Shown here: positions 34,601 to 44,384 of the stretch, one piece after another
Layout of the letters: every line of letters begins with the position of its first letter
Position numbering within the stretch: the first letter of the stretch is position 1
The notes under the pieces: model-generated
Told to the model about the DNA's origin: nothing
Database searches by the model: none
The model's input: only the letters and a program-made list of their open reading frames with translations
Program-made: the position numbers and the translations under genes
IMG/VR virus record: IMGVR_UViG_3300042898_001429
Coordinates: 1 to 64,000 of that record
DNA: 64,000 nucleotides
Direction: 5' to 3' (one strand)
Origin: a virus

Positions 34601-37026
34601 TACACCGTCCTCATCATTGTCATGCGTAATTCTCTTTCCAGAAGGTTTGCTACATCTTTAGCCATCTTTTGAATATCAAAAGAACCATTTCCAGAAGACT
34701 GAATATTAAAACTAGGAGACACCGTAATGTTATAAGAGTTTGAGGATGCTGTAGACGACCCCATGCTTAAAGGACCTTTGGTAACAGGGTCTCCACCAGC
34801 AGAGGCTTTGGGGTAAGACGCTGAGGGGTTAGTTGCATTTTGAGTACCGCTGGATGCGTACACGCTTCCGCTTCCAATAACCTCTCCCATACTCATTCCT
34901 GAATACATAAAAGATTGGGAAGATGTCAAAGATGCACTAGAGACAGAACCTCTAGCACCACTCTTAGATACAGATGAACTAGATATTTCACTAGAGGAAC
35001 CACCAGTTCCTGGAACTGGGGACACTCCAGACGTTACAGATGTACCAGTAGGTGACTCTGAAATACCTTGGCTTCCCGAGTATTCATTTCTACCAAAAGG
35101 TATACCAGCGGGTTGTACGTGGAATGGTTCGTCAGTCTGCGCTCCAGGTTGCGTAGCACCTGTTACCAGTCCAAAGTTAGCAGCGTTGGCACGAATCCAT
35201 TCATTCTCGGACTGACTCAAGTCAGCCGCAAGACCAATCTCATGCATGGACTGCCCAGGGGGTGCCATTGGAGGACCGTTTTCCCCATGCTTGTCATATA
35301 CCCAAACTTCACCATTCCAGATGCGGTCAGCATCCTTTGTTTTCTGAGTAACTCCAGCAGGGGCTTTGCTATAACGTTTACGAAACGAGGAGTCCTGACG
35401 GGCGCTACTACGCTTTGCATCACCAATCTCTAACTTAGGATTAGCAAGAAGCATCTTTTTAAGAGGTTCACGAAGTTTAGGGTCTAGTTGAGAAAGTTTA
35501 GATTTGTTATTAGCACTAAGTTTTGTTTCAGTTGTTTCGCCAGTCGTGGCGTCCCCACCCAGTTCATTGTTAGTACGAACACCCCATACACCACGGCGTT
35601 TACGAACAAGACCATCTGACGGGTCACCACCAGCCATCAAACCCGCTCCACCAAGAGCAAGAAGAGGGTTGCCAGTTGCCACCCCACCAACCACCATGGC
35701 TGCTCCACCAATTTTCTTACCTATATTAAAAGCAGACCCAAAAACACCACGATGGGCTTTGGTAGAAATACCAGCGCCTGCAATACCAGACAGTTTTTCT
35801 TCAAACATCCCCAATGCTTTTGTTGCCGCTTGAGTCATCTTTTCAAATGTGGCAAAGTTATCCGCTTGGCGTTTGTAGAAGTTTTCTTCACGGTTGGCTT
35901 GAACCCTTGTAGTTTCTTCAGCCTGGTTAGCGTAGTTTCCTTCAACACCCATTAACTCACGTTGGGATTTTTTAGAAGGGTCATAAAACCCTTTTCCACC
36001 TTTTTTCTGGTACGCAATATTTTGTTGAGCGTACTGTAACAAAAGGTCTTGTTGGTCTTCAGCAAGACCAGACATGCTTAAACGAGAACGGGTCATAGAA
36101 CCTTGTTGAAACGCTCCTGCAAGCATCTTTTCGTCGCCAAGACCAGTCCTCTTAATGATGTCTTGGTACACTTCTTGTTGGGTGCGTTGCTTTCCACCGA
36201 TGCCATACATACCAGTACCAAGCATCATAAACATCTGGTTAGTGGATTGTGGACCAGCCAAAGACCTAGTCATTCCAGCAAGTTGGTCAGTATCATAGGC
36301 GTAGCCAGAAGCAGCCCTCATAGCCTCAATAGAACCTGCTTGCTTTTGAGCATTAAGACCAGTGCTTGCTTGCAACCCAAGCAAGGTATTGATTCCACCC
36401 ATTCCCAATTTGTATTTTTGGAGTGGTTCCCGATATTGGTGGTAAACCTGATTTTGGCTAAGTCCAGTAGTCTGCTGGTACAGCATGTTCATGCGGTCAG
36501 CACTTAAACTATATGATGCTCCTCGTGCTGCACGTGCGTCCATTGACCCAAGCAAGTCCCCAGCAAGGCTTGCGGCAGCCATAAATGCATCTTTTTTTGT
36601 AGGGACTCTAGGTCCTCCACCAGCCGCTCCAGCCGCCGCAGATGGGGCTTCATAGTAGTTAACGGTTTGGCTGGACTGTACGACATTGCCAGAACCGACA
36701 TTCGTGCCACCAGTGAGTGCACCAGCCGCTGGAAGGTAGGAACCAGCAGTACCACCTTGGGCACTTCCAATTGCCTTCATGTTCTTGGCTACTTTGCCAA
36801 GTTCAGTTGCCCACTTCTTTGTGTCAGCAATAAGGGTAGGAAGGTCTTGTTTGAATTTAGTTACATGTCCACTAAGGGACTTAAACTCTTTATTTAATTC
36901 TTTGAAGGCAGAGGAATCAATAGCGGCTTGAGAGTTGACGCTGACCTTACCAACGGCTTTACCAGCCTCTGCGCCACCACCATCATCAAATGTGCTTCCC
37001 CCGATAGGGGACTCTATGTTTGCCAT
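34600..37026 (-). CDS. Tape measure protein with an M15 (VanY-like) peptidase domain
   Basis: Ala/Gly-rich helical body; RS...Q, APPG.SMHE.GLAADL, W...NA..FGL, EPFH. Confidence 0.82.
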   Translation of the reverse strand: MANIESPIGGSTFDDGGGAEAGKAVGKVSVNSQAAIDSSAFKELNKEFKSLSGHVTKFKQDLPTLIADTKKWATELGKVAKNMKAIGSAQGGTAGSYLPAAGALTGGTNVGSGNVVQSSQTVNYYEAPSAAAGAAGGGPRVPTKKDAFMAAASLAGDLLGSMDARAARGASYSLSADRMNMLYQQTTGLSQNQVYHQYREPLQKYKLGMGGINTLLGLQASTGLNAQKQAGSIEAMRAASGYAYDTDQLAGMTRSLAGPQSTNQMFMMLGTGMYGIGGKQRTQQEVYQDIIKRTGLGDEKMLAGAFQQGSMTRSRLSMSGLAEDQQDLLLQYAQQNIAYQKKGGKGFYDPSKKSQRELMGVEGNYANQAEETTRVQANREENFYKRQADNFATFEKMTQAATKALGMFEEKLSGIAGAGISTKAHRGVFGSAFNIGKKIGGAAMVVGGVATGNPLLALGGAGLMAGGDPSDGLVRKRRGVWGVRTNNELGGDATTGETTETKLSANNKSKLSQLDPKLREPLKKMLLANPKLEIGDAKRSSARQDSSFRKRYSKAPAGVTQKTKDADRIWNGEVWVYDKHGENGPPMAPPGQSMHEIGLAADLSQSENEWIRANAANFGLVTGATQPGAQTDEPFHVQPAGIPFGRNEYSGSQGISESPTGTSVTSGVSPVPGTGGSSSEISSSSVSKSGARGSVSSASLTSSQSFMYSGMSMGEVIGSGSVYASSGTQNATNPSASYPKASAGGDPVTKGPLSMGSSTASSNSYNITVSPSFNIQSSGNGSFDIQKMAKDVANLLERELRMTMMRTV

Positions 37027-37028
37027 AC

Positions 37029-37184
37029 TTAGCCCTTAGAACTTCGCCAACGAGCCATTGAATACCAATATGCACGTTGACGTACTGTCATATATTTTAG
37101 GTCATTTAGACCGAACCCATGGTAGACAGTGGCTATTGACTCGTATTCCAAATAGGTGATTTGTAGGTTAACCAAATAAAAGGG
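37029..37184 (-). CDS. Tail assembly chaperone C-terminal extension frame (gpT-like)
   Basis: +1 frame reads PFYLVNLQITYLEYESIATVYHGFGLNDLKYMTVRQRAYWYSMARWRSSKG and fills the gap to the tape measure gene. Confidence 0.65.
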   Translation of the reverse strand, partial: PFYLVNLQITYLEYESIATVYHGFGLNDLKYMTVRQRAYWYSMARWRSSKG

Positions 37185-37956
37185 AGACCCAGTCCATGAG
37201 AAGGGTTAGTTCCTCATTGCAAACGCCGCACTGAGTTTTCACCTCCCCCATTCTTGGACCTGGGGGGTCAGTGGTTAGCGACTTTACCAACTTACTTCTA
37301 TCACCAAGATTCAGGGCTAATGCCCAGTCCTCTAAGTTCTCTGGCCTTGTTGCTCCGTCCCAGACGGTACAACGTGCCAACATCAACGTATTTTGCTCTG
37401 CGGTAGTCTTACCTTTTTTTGCAACATACAAACTATCTGAACCAGTCGGATAATTTAGTTTTACCTTTAACCCATTTTTAAGGGTAACTTCCATAGGAGT
37501 ATGGAAGTCCTTATCGGCATTTTGGATTTGAAAATCCTCGTCTAGTTGGATAGTTATAAAGTTTGTACCTTCACAACTTCCACAAGTAACTTCTAGTTCT
37601 CGTGCCCGTCCATAGGTTGCTTTAATTGTTCCAAGAAACAGAAGGTCACGGTCACCAATCATTAACTGGTCTACCAGCAATGGGGTTTCCTGAATATCTA
37701 TATCTCCAATTGAAAGCACAGAACGGGACAAAAGAACCGACATATATTCAGCATATGACAGTTCCTTTTTGGAAGAAGCAGAAGCAATAAACTCCTCGTC
37801 TTCCCCATTTAGTTCACGAACAACTGCTTTTGTTTGCCATTCCCCTGTTTCATAATTAAGCAAACCTCGCAAAAGGTCTACATGTACGTTAGGTACATCA
37901 TTAATTTGTGGAACAGAGTCAGCAATTACAGCATTGGCTCCATTATCATTTGACAT
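37168..37956 (-). CDS. Tail assembly chaperone (T4 gp26-like, CxxC motifs)
   Basis: VRELNG.DEE, GDRD.L...I..ATYG, two CxxC pairs; between tube and tape measure genes. Confidence 0.7.
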   Translation of the reverse strand: MSNDNGANAVIADSVPQINDVPNVHVDLLRGLLNYETGEWQTKAVVRELNGEDEEFIASASSKKELSYAEYMSVLLSRSVLSIGDIDIQETPLLVDQLMIGDRDLLFLGTIKATYGRARELEVTCGSCEGTNFITIQLDEDFQIQNADKDFHTPMEVTLKNGLKVKLNYPTGSDSLYVAKKGKTTAEQNTLMLARCTVWDGATRPENLEDWALALNLGDRSKLVKSLTTDPPGPRMGEVKTQCGVCNEELTLLMDWVSLLFG

Positions 37957-37982
37957 TTTATATTCCTTTTAAGTTGTTTTTT

Positions 37983-38603
37983 TTATTTTGCGCCAGGAAG
38001 TGCGGCAATGTCTGCTGGCGTCCAAGCCAGAATCCATCCTTCGTTATGAAGTACCATTTCCTGAATCATGATGTTGTTGTCACCAGCATTGAGACCGCCC
38101 ATTGCAAAAGCACCAGGCCAGCAGTTGAACAACTTAATGCCCAACTTAGGGGTTCCAATAAAGGTGGTCTTTGTTCCTGTTTCAACGCTGTCATTGTATG
38201 ACGCATTGGAGTGTGGGTGGTCATAAACTTTAACCACAACGTCACAACGGTAATCAGAACCGCCTACAGAACCTGGAACACCAGACTGCCAGTTATGGAT
38301 GAAGCGTTGCCACTTCCACAGTTGGTCTTGACCTTCAATCACACCACGTGAGAAAGTTACAGGGTCAAAGTCTGTCTGACCAACCATCTTGTGTGGGTGA
38401 GTGTTCATTCCACCTTCACGGTATGGAATCATTTCATTACGAACCGACAATCCTGACATAGCAGCAAAGCCAATGTTTCCAATACCTGGGGCATACTGTC
38501 CCAAGTTAATTGTGTTTGGCGCACCAGCGTTGTTCTGGTCCAGTGGGTAAAACTGAACTTCAAACTTAAAGTTACGGATTGGGTCTGTTCTAACGATAGG
38601 CAT
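37983..38603 (-). CDS. Tail tube protein (T4 gp19-like)
   Basis: DP.RNFKF, YREGG, F.PVT..RG, NCWP, L..EG. Confidence 0.9.
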   Translation of the reverse strand: MPIVRTDPIRNFKFEVQFYPLDQNNAGAPNTINLGQYAPGIGNIGFAAMSGLSVRNEMIPYREGGMNTHPHKMVGQTDFDPVTFSRGVIEGQDQLWKWQRFIHNWQSGVPGSVGGSDYRCDVVVKVYDHPHSNASYNDSVETGTKTTFIGTPKLGIKLFNCWPGAFAMGGLNAGDNNIMIQEMVLHNEGWILAWTPADIAALPGAK

Positions 38604-38613
38604 TAGTTACTCC

Positions 38614-40125
38614 TTAGAGGTTTTCTCGTACGTTGTTACCGCCAACGAATTGGCTGATATTGATTACAATGAATTCGGCAGGGGCTTGTAAAGACACTCC
38701 AATTTCAATGTGAACTTCACCTTGTTCAATTGTGCTATTTGTGTTGTTTGTAGCATCACAAACAATATAGTAAGCATCAGCCGCACTGCGTCCTTTAAGG
38801 CCACCCTGTGACCAGAAACTGGACAAGAAGTTGGATATACGTGCACTAATTTCTGACCACAAGCGCTCACCGTTTGGCTCAAACACAGCAGATTGTGTAA
38901 GTGCATCAACGTTTGCTTTGATGAAGTTAAGGCTACGACGGACTGGAACATACTTAGTGATGTCAGTCTTTTTAAGAGTACGAGCACCATTAACGATAAC
39001 TCCAGCACCAGGAATTGCTTTCATGGTGTTGACATTCAATGCATAAAGGTTTCCAATGTCGGATTCTGTAAAGGTTGTGGTAAGACCGAAGCAATTACGA
39101 ACGTCATACCCATAACCAGCAGGGGCCTTAGAAACTCCACGCTCGGTATCAACACGGGTATACAATCCAGCAATTGCTCCACCAGGGTAGGTGGTGCGAA
39201 GTGCAGCGGTTCCCGAAGTTGCTGGGTTTGACATTTCCAACATTGGGTAATACACAGCAGCATATGATGAAATGCTATAAGCACTAATGGTGCTTGTAAT
39301 GGTATTAACGGAAGTTGCAGTACTGAGTGGGTCAATAATCAAGAATGAGTTTCCACGATTTTCAACGTAGTTAATTGCACTGTTAATAATTGTTGAGTTT
39401 GACTTACCTACAAGGTTAAACAATAACTGACCATTAATAGTATTAAAACTGTTAAGGGTTGTAGACCATGCAAGTTGCGTGGCAGCCGAAGTGTCATCTG
39501 TAAGACTTTCACCATCGGCACCCGTTGAAGGGGTCAATGTAGCGTTAGTTACAATATAAGTTGCTCCAGTAAAGTTCTGAAGGTTGGATACTGAAAGGTA
39601 TGAAGAGTAGTTATTTATAACAGTTGGGGCATACCGAGAGTCATCTGGGTTCAAACTTAGTTCTGACCAGCGCTCAACTTCTCCGCCGTTATAAACAGCA
39701 ACAACATTAAAAGTTGGAGTATTACCAGCAACTAAGCCAGCGGTAATTGTTACTGAAAGACTATTTCCCCATGTACCAACATTTTTAGCATTTAGTTTAA
39801 ACAATGTTGTTCCAGCGGAACCATTAAATGTTCCTGTAACGTTAACCGTAGCGGGAGTAGCACTAGCGCCTACAACACGAGCAACATAAGCGGTGCGACC
39901 ACCATTTGCAAAGAAATGGTAAACCGAATAGCCTAATTCGTAAGCACTTGAAACATCTCCAAATTGGGCTTTGAATGAGTTCCATGAATCAACAGCCACT
40001 GGACTAGTTGGTCCACGAAGTGCCGTGCCGAGAAAAGCGGCGGCAGTGGTAGTTGGTCCAGTGGCAACCGAGGTCGCAAAAGGACTCTCAGTTACGTAAA
40101 CACCTGGACTGTTGTATTGGGCCAT
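38614..40125 (-). CDS. Tail sheath protein
   Basis: PGVYV.E, FF.NGG..AYV.RV, GV.KAPAG, GART, YVPVRR, FEPN, PAEFI. Confidence 0.95.
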   Translation of the reverse strand: MAQYNSPGVYVTESPFATSVATGPTTTAAAFLGTALRGPTSPVAVDSWNSFKAQFGDVSSAYELGYSVYHFFANGGRTAYVARVVGASATPATVNVTGTFNGSAGTTLFKLNAKNVGTWGNSLSVTITAGLVAGNTPTFNVVAVYNGGEVERWSELSLNPDDSRYAPTVINNYSSYLSVSNLQNFTGATYIVTNATLTPSTGADGESLTDDTSAATQLAWSTTLNSFNTINGQLLFNLVGKSNSTIINSAINYVENRGNSFLIIDPLSTATSVNTITSTISAYSISSYAAVYYPMLEMSNPATSGTAALRTTYPGGAIAGLYTRVDTERGVSKAPAGYGYDVRNCFGLTTTFTESDIGNLYALNVNTMKAIPGAGVIVNGARTLKKTDITKYVPVRRSLNFIKANVDALTQSAVFEPNGERLWSEISARISNFLSSFWSQGGLKGRSAADAYYIVCDATNNTNSTIEQGEVHIEIGVSLQAPAEFIVINISQFVGGNNVRENL

Positions 40126-40170
40126 TATAAACTCCTATAGGAAAAGGTAGACGGGGGGAACATTTGGAAG

Positions 40171-40842
40171 TCAGTAATCAATAGTAGCCTTAACTGAAAG
40201 GACTTGCTGAGCACCGTACATATCTGATGAGGTCAATTCTGCCCCCATCTGTAACGTGTATATTTTGCGGAAAATCCGCTTACGATAACCAGCCTCGGGG
40301 TCAAGGAGGTCGGCTGTCGTCCAGTCCAACAATTCCAAACGACGGTTGGTACCATCGGCTTCAATATTGATGGATGACTTTCGGAAGGGGAAAATCTTCC
40401 TAAGAATTGTTGAGGTCAATTGACGGTCATGGAGAGCCGTACGACTAAACGTTGAAATCTGATAAACAAGGTCAACAGGTATAAACTCGTTAGTGTGCAA
40501 CACTTTAAAGTTATTTTTATTAGTAAAGTTTGACAAATCAGAAGACTCACTGGGCCAGTACGTTACTGCATCAGGTCGTTTTTCCCAGCCCGCAGGGGCA
40601 CTTGCCCCACCAGCAGTATTGAAGTAAACCAATTCAGTTTCTGAATGCTGGCGGTTACGGGCATGTACCAAGTCAATCATTTCAATAGTAATGAAAGGGT
40701 ACGTACGTTCGGTTTCACCTTCTGGGTAACGAAAGAACACTTGAACTGGACGAGCCACGTCCCTGTCATCATATACATGCAGATTGTTTAAAGCCTTCTT
40801 GATGGCTTCATCTTCGGCAAGAAGGAACCCAGCCCGAGCCAT
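40171..40842 (-). CDS. Tail completion / terminator protein
   Basis: YPFITI motif; directly upstream of the sheath gene. Confidence 0.6.
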   Translation of the reverse strand: MARAGFLLAEDEAIKKALNNLHVYDDRDVARPVQVFFRYPEGETERTYPFITIEMIDLVHARNRQHSETELVYFNTAGGASAPAGWEKRPDAVTYWPSESSDLSNFTNKNNFKVLHTNEFIPVDLVYQISTFSRTALHDRQLTSTILRKIFPFRKSSINIEADGTNRRLELLDWTTADLLDPEAGYRKRIFRKIYTLQMGAELTSSDMYGAQQVLSVKATIDY

Positions 40843-41261
40843 TAGAAGTTCTCCATAAGGGTACGGCGCAACCTAGAGTTAATTTCTTCAGTGTCTTTAT
40901 CTTGCTGTTGAAGGATTGTGCCCCGTAAAAGAGGGGTAGGAGCAAGGTGCCCATTTCCGTATTCCAAGTTCATTGCTCTTTCCTGGGTGGCGTCATCCCC
41001 AGAGATTGAGTATGCAAATTGACGGTTTTCATGTTCATAAGAAACTGAAATAGAATCGGCAATGTCAGCCCAACCAGTGCCAGATTTACGGGCATTTTCT
41101 TGCATTTCATTTTGGGTTTGTTTAGCCTTAGAGTGGAGTATCTCCATAAGGGTCTTGTCGTATATACGCAAAAGGTTGTCCACATAGTCCACAGCACTCA
41201 ATGAGCCGTTGAAAATACCACCAGAACCCTTGGGCGTGTATGTTGAAGAAAAGCCACTCAT
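40842..41261 (-). CDS. Neck protein (HK97 gp10-like)
   Basis: LEYG....P.P.LR motif. Confidence 0.55.
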   Translation of the reverse strand: MSGFSSTYTPKGSGGIFNGSLSAVDYVDNLLRIYDKTLMEILHSKAKQTQNEMQENARKSGTGWADIADSISVSYEHENRQFAYSISGDDATQERAMNLEYGNGHLAPTPLLRGTILQQQDKDTEEINSRLRRTLMENF

Positions 41262-41328
41262 CGGCGGGACTCCAGGGTTCTAGGCGTTGGACCCCCTAAT
41301 GAGCACCATTAGGGTTACAACTATTTTA

Positions 41329-41865
41329 TCAGGTACCAGGCAACCTTGAAGGCCAAGGCAAATTTTGTGTTGCAAAGGGTGCTGGACCTGTGTCAAAAGG
41401 CATTTCTTGGTCAACATAAATTTCAAGACCTTCAACGACAATAAGGACATCGTCCTTAGCACGCCCTCTTACCTTGTAAGACATCACTGACATATAACGA
41501 CCATCATATAAAAAGATGTCATTTAGATGGTTCCTATACTCAAAAGGGTCACTAATACCTGCTTGACGAAAGTCTTCAATTGATGCCACAACGTTTACAA
41601 TTTCAACGGGTTGGCGACCTTCAGGAATTGCACGCTTAGTATCTTCAGACTCTGTGACCATTAAAACAGGGACAACAACACCCGCTTTGTATTTACGACC
41701 ACTGGCACCATACCCGCCTTCGTCGTAGACATCATCATATGTAGAGCCTGCACTAGCAGATGCGGCAAATGGTTGATACTCAAACCACATGATAGTTTCA
41801 CCAACTTGTTGCTGGTACCCACGATACTGCTTGCGAATGTGGGCTAGTTCTCTGCGTACATCCAT
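41329..41865 (-). CDS. Head-tail joining protein
   Basis: Position in the neck cluster. Confidence 0.55.
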   Translation of the reverse strand: MDVRRELAHIRKQYRGYQQQVGETIMWFEYQPFAASASAGSTYDDVYDEGGYGASGRKYKAGVVVPVLMVTESEDTKRAIPEGRQPVEIVNVVASIEDFRQAGISDPFEYRNHLNDIFLYDGRYMSVMSYKVRGRAKDDVLIVVEGLEIYVDQEMPFDTGPAPFATQNLPWPSRLPGT

Positions 41866-42668
41866 TACAAGAACGTGTTGGTCGTGTAACCACTAGGTGG
41901 GTCCATATCAATAAAGATATCCTCACGCAACGGTTCATCTGGAGCAGTGATGAGGATGTGACCTTCTGTGTCATCAGCAAAGATGCGCTCAATGGGACCA
42001 TAATCCCCAAGTTCTTTGGCTTTGAACAATGGTACGTAACGGTTAGTAGTGCGAGACACACGGCGAAGGCTGAACTGTTCAATACGCTCAGGACCAATAT
42101 TGAGGTTATTGGCGTGCTTACGGTACTCAATTTCCCATGCTTGGCAGAGGTTCTGGAGCATACGAAAACGAGAACTAGCAGGGATGTGTACGGACTCTGA
42201 GGTCATTACATCAATGTCACGGGCATACTCAGTCATAAGAGCCTGTAGAGCCTCTACAAGCGCTCCCAGACCCACTACGTCCAACACAGCGGCTGATGCC
42301 TGCTCTAAAGGTACGGCAATGGTTGGGGTATGGAAGTTAATTGAACGTTCTGAGTAAAATTGAAGGTCTTCAGGAAGAATCCACTCATAGTAATATCCTT
42401 CCACCATAATCTTTGTCCCCGCTGTAGGGGTGGTTGCCATACGTAAAATACCGTTACGTGCATCCAGGCTGTACTGGCTAGTAGTTAATTCCGTTGCGCT
42501 GGCACCAGTAGTGCTAGCAATCCACAAAGTAGTACTATCAACATTAGTTTGTCCTAGTTCGTAAGTGCGTCCAATGGCATCAAAAGACACCTGAAAGAAT
42601 TTAGGGAAGTCACGAAGGTAGTTTCGTGCCAATTGCATTGTGTGTTCAAGGGGAGTCAAAGTAGCCAT
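41865..42668 (-). CDS. Head-to-tail adaptor
   Basis: Position in the neck cluster; RR.SRTTNR.VP motif. Confidence 0.55.
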   Translation of the reverse strand: MATLTPLEHTMQLARNYLRDFPKFFQVSFDAIGRTYELGQTNVDSTTLWIASTTGASATELTTSQYSLDARNGILRMATTPTAGTKIMVEGYYYEWILPEDLQFYSERSINFHTPTIAVPLEQASAAVLDVVGLGALVEALQALMTEYARDIDVMTSESVHIPASSRFRMLQNLCQAWEIEYRKHANNLNIGPERIEQFSLRRVSRTTNRYVPLFKAKELGDYGPIERIFADDTEGHILITAPDEPLREDIFIDMDPPSGYTTNTFL

Positions 42669-42676
42669 AGTCTATT

Positions 42677-42835
42677 TTACTGGTCTCCAGAGCCTGCGCC
42701 TGGGATAGTGTCTTGGGCAGGTTGGTTTACCTGTGGCTGGGTTTCACGATAACGGCGTGCCATAACGCCACGGACACGTGTTATGTCACTTACAGTACCT
42801 GTAGGTCTAGATATGGGGCGTTCTAAATCAGTCAC
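42677..42835 (-). CDS. 52-aa hypothetical protein (not in ORF track)
   Basis: GTG start overlapping the upstream stop; MTDLERPISRPTGTVSDITRVRGVMARRYRETQP... Confidence 0.5.
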   Translation of the reverse strand: MTDLERPISRPTGTVSDITRVRGVMARRYRETQPQVNQPAQDTIPGAGSGDQ

Positions 42836-43074
42836 CATAATTCCTTTGGACACGCAGAATGTAACAATTTAACTTTAGCAGGCATAAAGCAATGGCACAA
42901 AGAGCACTGCTTGGTAACCATGAGTTCGGGGCAGGATTCACATATAGATAAACGATTATCTGCTGTTTCAGTATCTACATACTCAGTCTCAGGGTTCAGA
43001 AAATCTAAAGGAGAGACGTTGCCTTGTTCTTGCTGTGCAAGGTTTTTAGCCTTCCACTCTTGCCATAGGCTCAT
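42832..43074 (-). CDS. DUF6171-like Cys-rich small protein
   Basis: R..IC..CP.L....QC..C.CFM.AK......CP..LW. Confidence 0.75.
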   Translation of the reverse strand: MSLWQEWKAKNLAQQEQGNVSPLDFLNPETEYVDTETADNRLSICESCPELMVTKQCSLCHCFMPAKVKLLHSACPKELW

Positions 43075-43277
43075 TGCTGTCCCCCATGGAGCCGTTCTAC
43101 AACTTTTGTAAACTTTTCCCCGTCCCATTCAGACCCGTATGCCAAATCTTTATCATGTAAAACAAACGTAGGATTTGAAAAGTATGCAGACACCATCAAA
43201 TCACGCATATTTCCTGTTTTTGGAATAGGGATGCTAAAAGCAATATCTCCCTCAACAATTACAACAATATAGTCCAT
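43071..43277 (-). CDS. Hypothetical protein
   Basis: SNP.F...G..WDG..F motif; AGGA RBS. Confidence 0.6.
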   Translation of the reverse strand: MDYIVVIVEGDIAFSIPIPKTGNMRDLMVSAYFSNPTFVLHDKDLAYGSEWDGEKFTKVVERLHGGQQ

Positions 43278-43298
43278 TTAATAATCCTTTAAAAGTTT

Positions 43299-44381
43299 TT
43301 AAGAAAAGTAAGGATATCCATCACATTTTGAGTCTGTCCAATAGTAAGTACCTGTCAATGGGCATTGGATTACACGGTAGGACACACCGTAGGAACAATT
43401 ACTACCACATGAGTAGCAAATGTTGTAGTCACCAAAAAATTTAAGATATGGGTTAAAAGCAACATTGTAAACGTAGACCCAACGGTTATCGGCACTTCCA
43501 TAACCATACCGTTCCATCCATAAGTTCCAACCCTCATACAAACCAGATGCATCTTGAAGGCTAAAACGGTCAGTACAACTACCTGTGTTGGTCCAATCAG
43601 TGACAATATGTTCGGTACACCCTGATTTAGTAATATATTCTTGGTATTGGTCTTGACCGTTGCATCCGCCACCGCAACCGACAGTTCTATTACGTGTTTG
43701 AAGGGCAGACCAGCCATTAGTGCTAGCCGCTTTACACTCACATGCTCTTTCTGTACAAGTAGTCTCAGAAACTACGTTATATGGAGAGGTGGGTTCGCAT
43801 CCACTTTTTGTGTAAGTTGTTGTAGTAACTGTTTTTCTTCCGCATGTTCCGCAGTCTGCATCAACACTTGAAGAAGACGAACCCCATCCTGTGCCACCAT
43901 TGGCAACAGTACGACAATCTAAAGGCGTTGTAACGTTTCTAACCGTTGGGATATCACTAGTACCTGCGGAGTTTGTTGCTGATAAATAGTAATTATAAGT
44001 AGTGTTTTCCACTAACCCAGTAATAGTGGATGTTACATCTTGAGATGTAGCACCTGTAAGGGCAGTAAGTTCTGTGCCTGCGGTATACGCACTATCCGCA
44101 TTCTTTTTGTAATAGAAACGAGGAGTAGCGGAAAGGTTGTTAGGGTCAACTGCACCATTAGCAGTAATCCTGTCAAATGCAGATGATGAACCAGCGGCAG
44201 TGGTAACTACTGGTCTGTTGTTCCAAACCTCAACCCACCCTGAGCCATTGTGTGCAAAAACCTTTTTAGCGTAAGACCACACGCTTGGGGAGGTACAGTA
44301 CCTGACGTCAGCCCAAGCAGTAAAAGCACTAGCGCCAGTTGCAAAACCTTTGGGAGGTTTATTTAGGTCTGTAGCAGGCAT
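43299..44381 (-). CDS. Putative virion fibre: FN3 domain plus Cys-rich repeats
   Basis: ITGL..NTTY.Y...ATNSAGT FN3 signature; 16 Cys in the C-terminal part. Confidence 0.65.
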   Translation of the reverse strand: MPATDLNKPPKGFATGASAFTAWADVRYCTSPSVWSYAKKVFAHNGSGWVEVWNNRPVVTTAAGSSSAFDRITANGAVDPNNLSATPRFYYKKNADSAYTAGTELTALTGATSQDVTSTITGLVENTTYNYYLSATNSAGTSDIPTVRNVTTPLDCRTVANGGTGWGSSSSSVDADCGTCGRKTVTTTTYTKSGCEPTSPYNVVSETTCTERACECKAASTNGWSALQTRNRTVGCGGGCNGQDQYQEYITKSGCTEHIVTDWTNTGSCTDRFSLQDASGLYEGWNLWMERYGYGSADNRWVYVYNVAFNPYLKFFGDYNICYSCGSNCSYGVSYRVIQCPLTGTYYWTDSKCDGYPYFS

Positions 44382-44384
44382 CTG

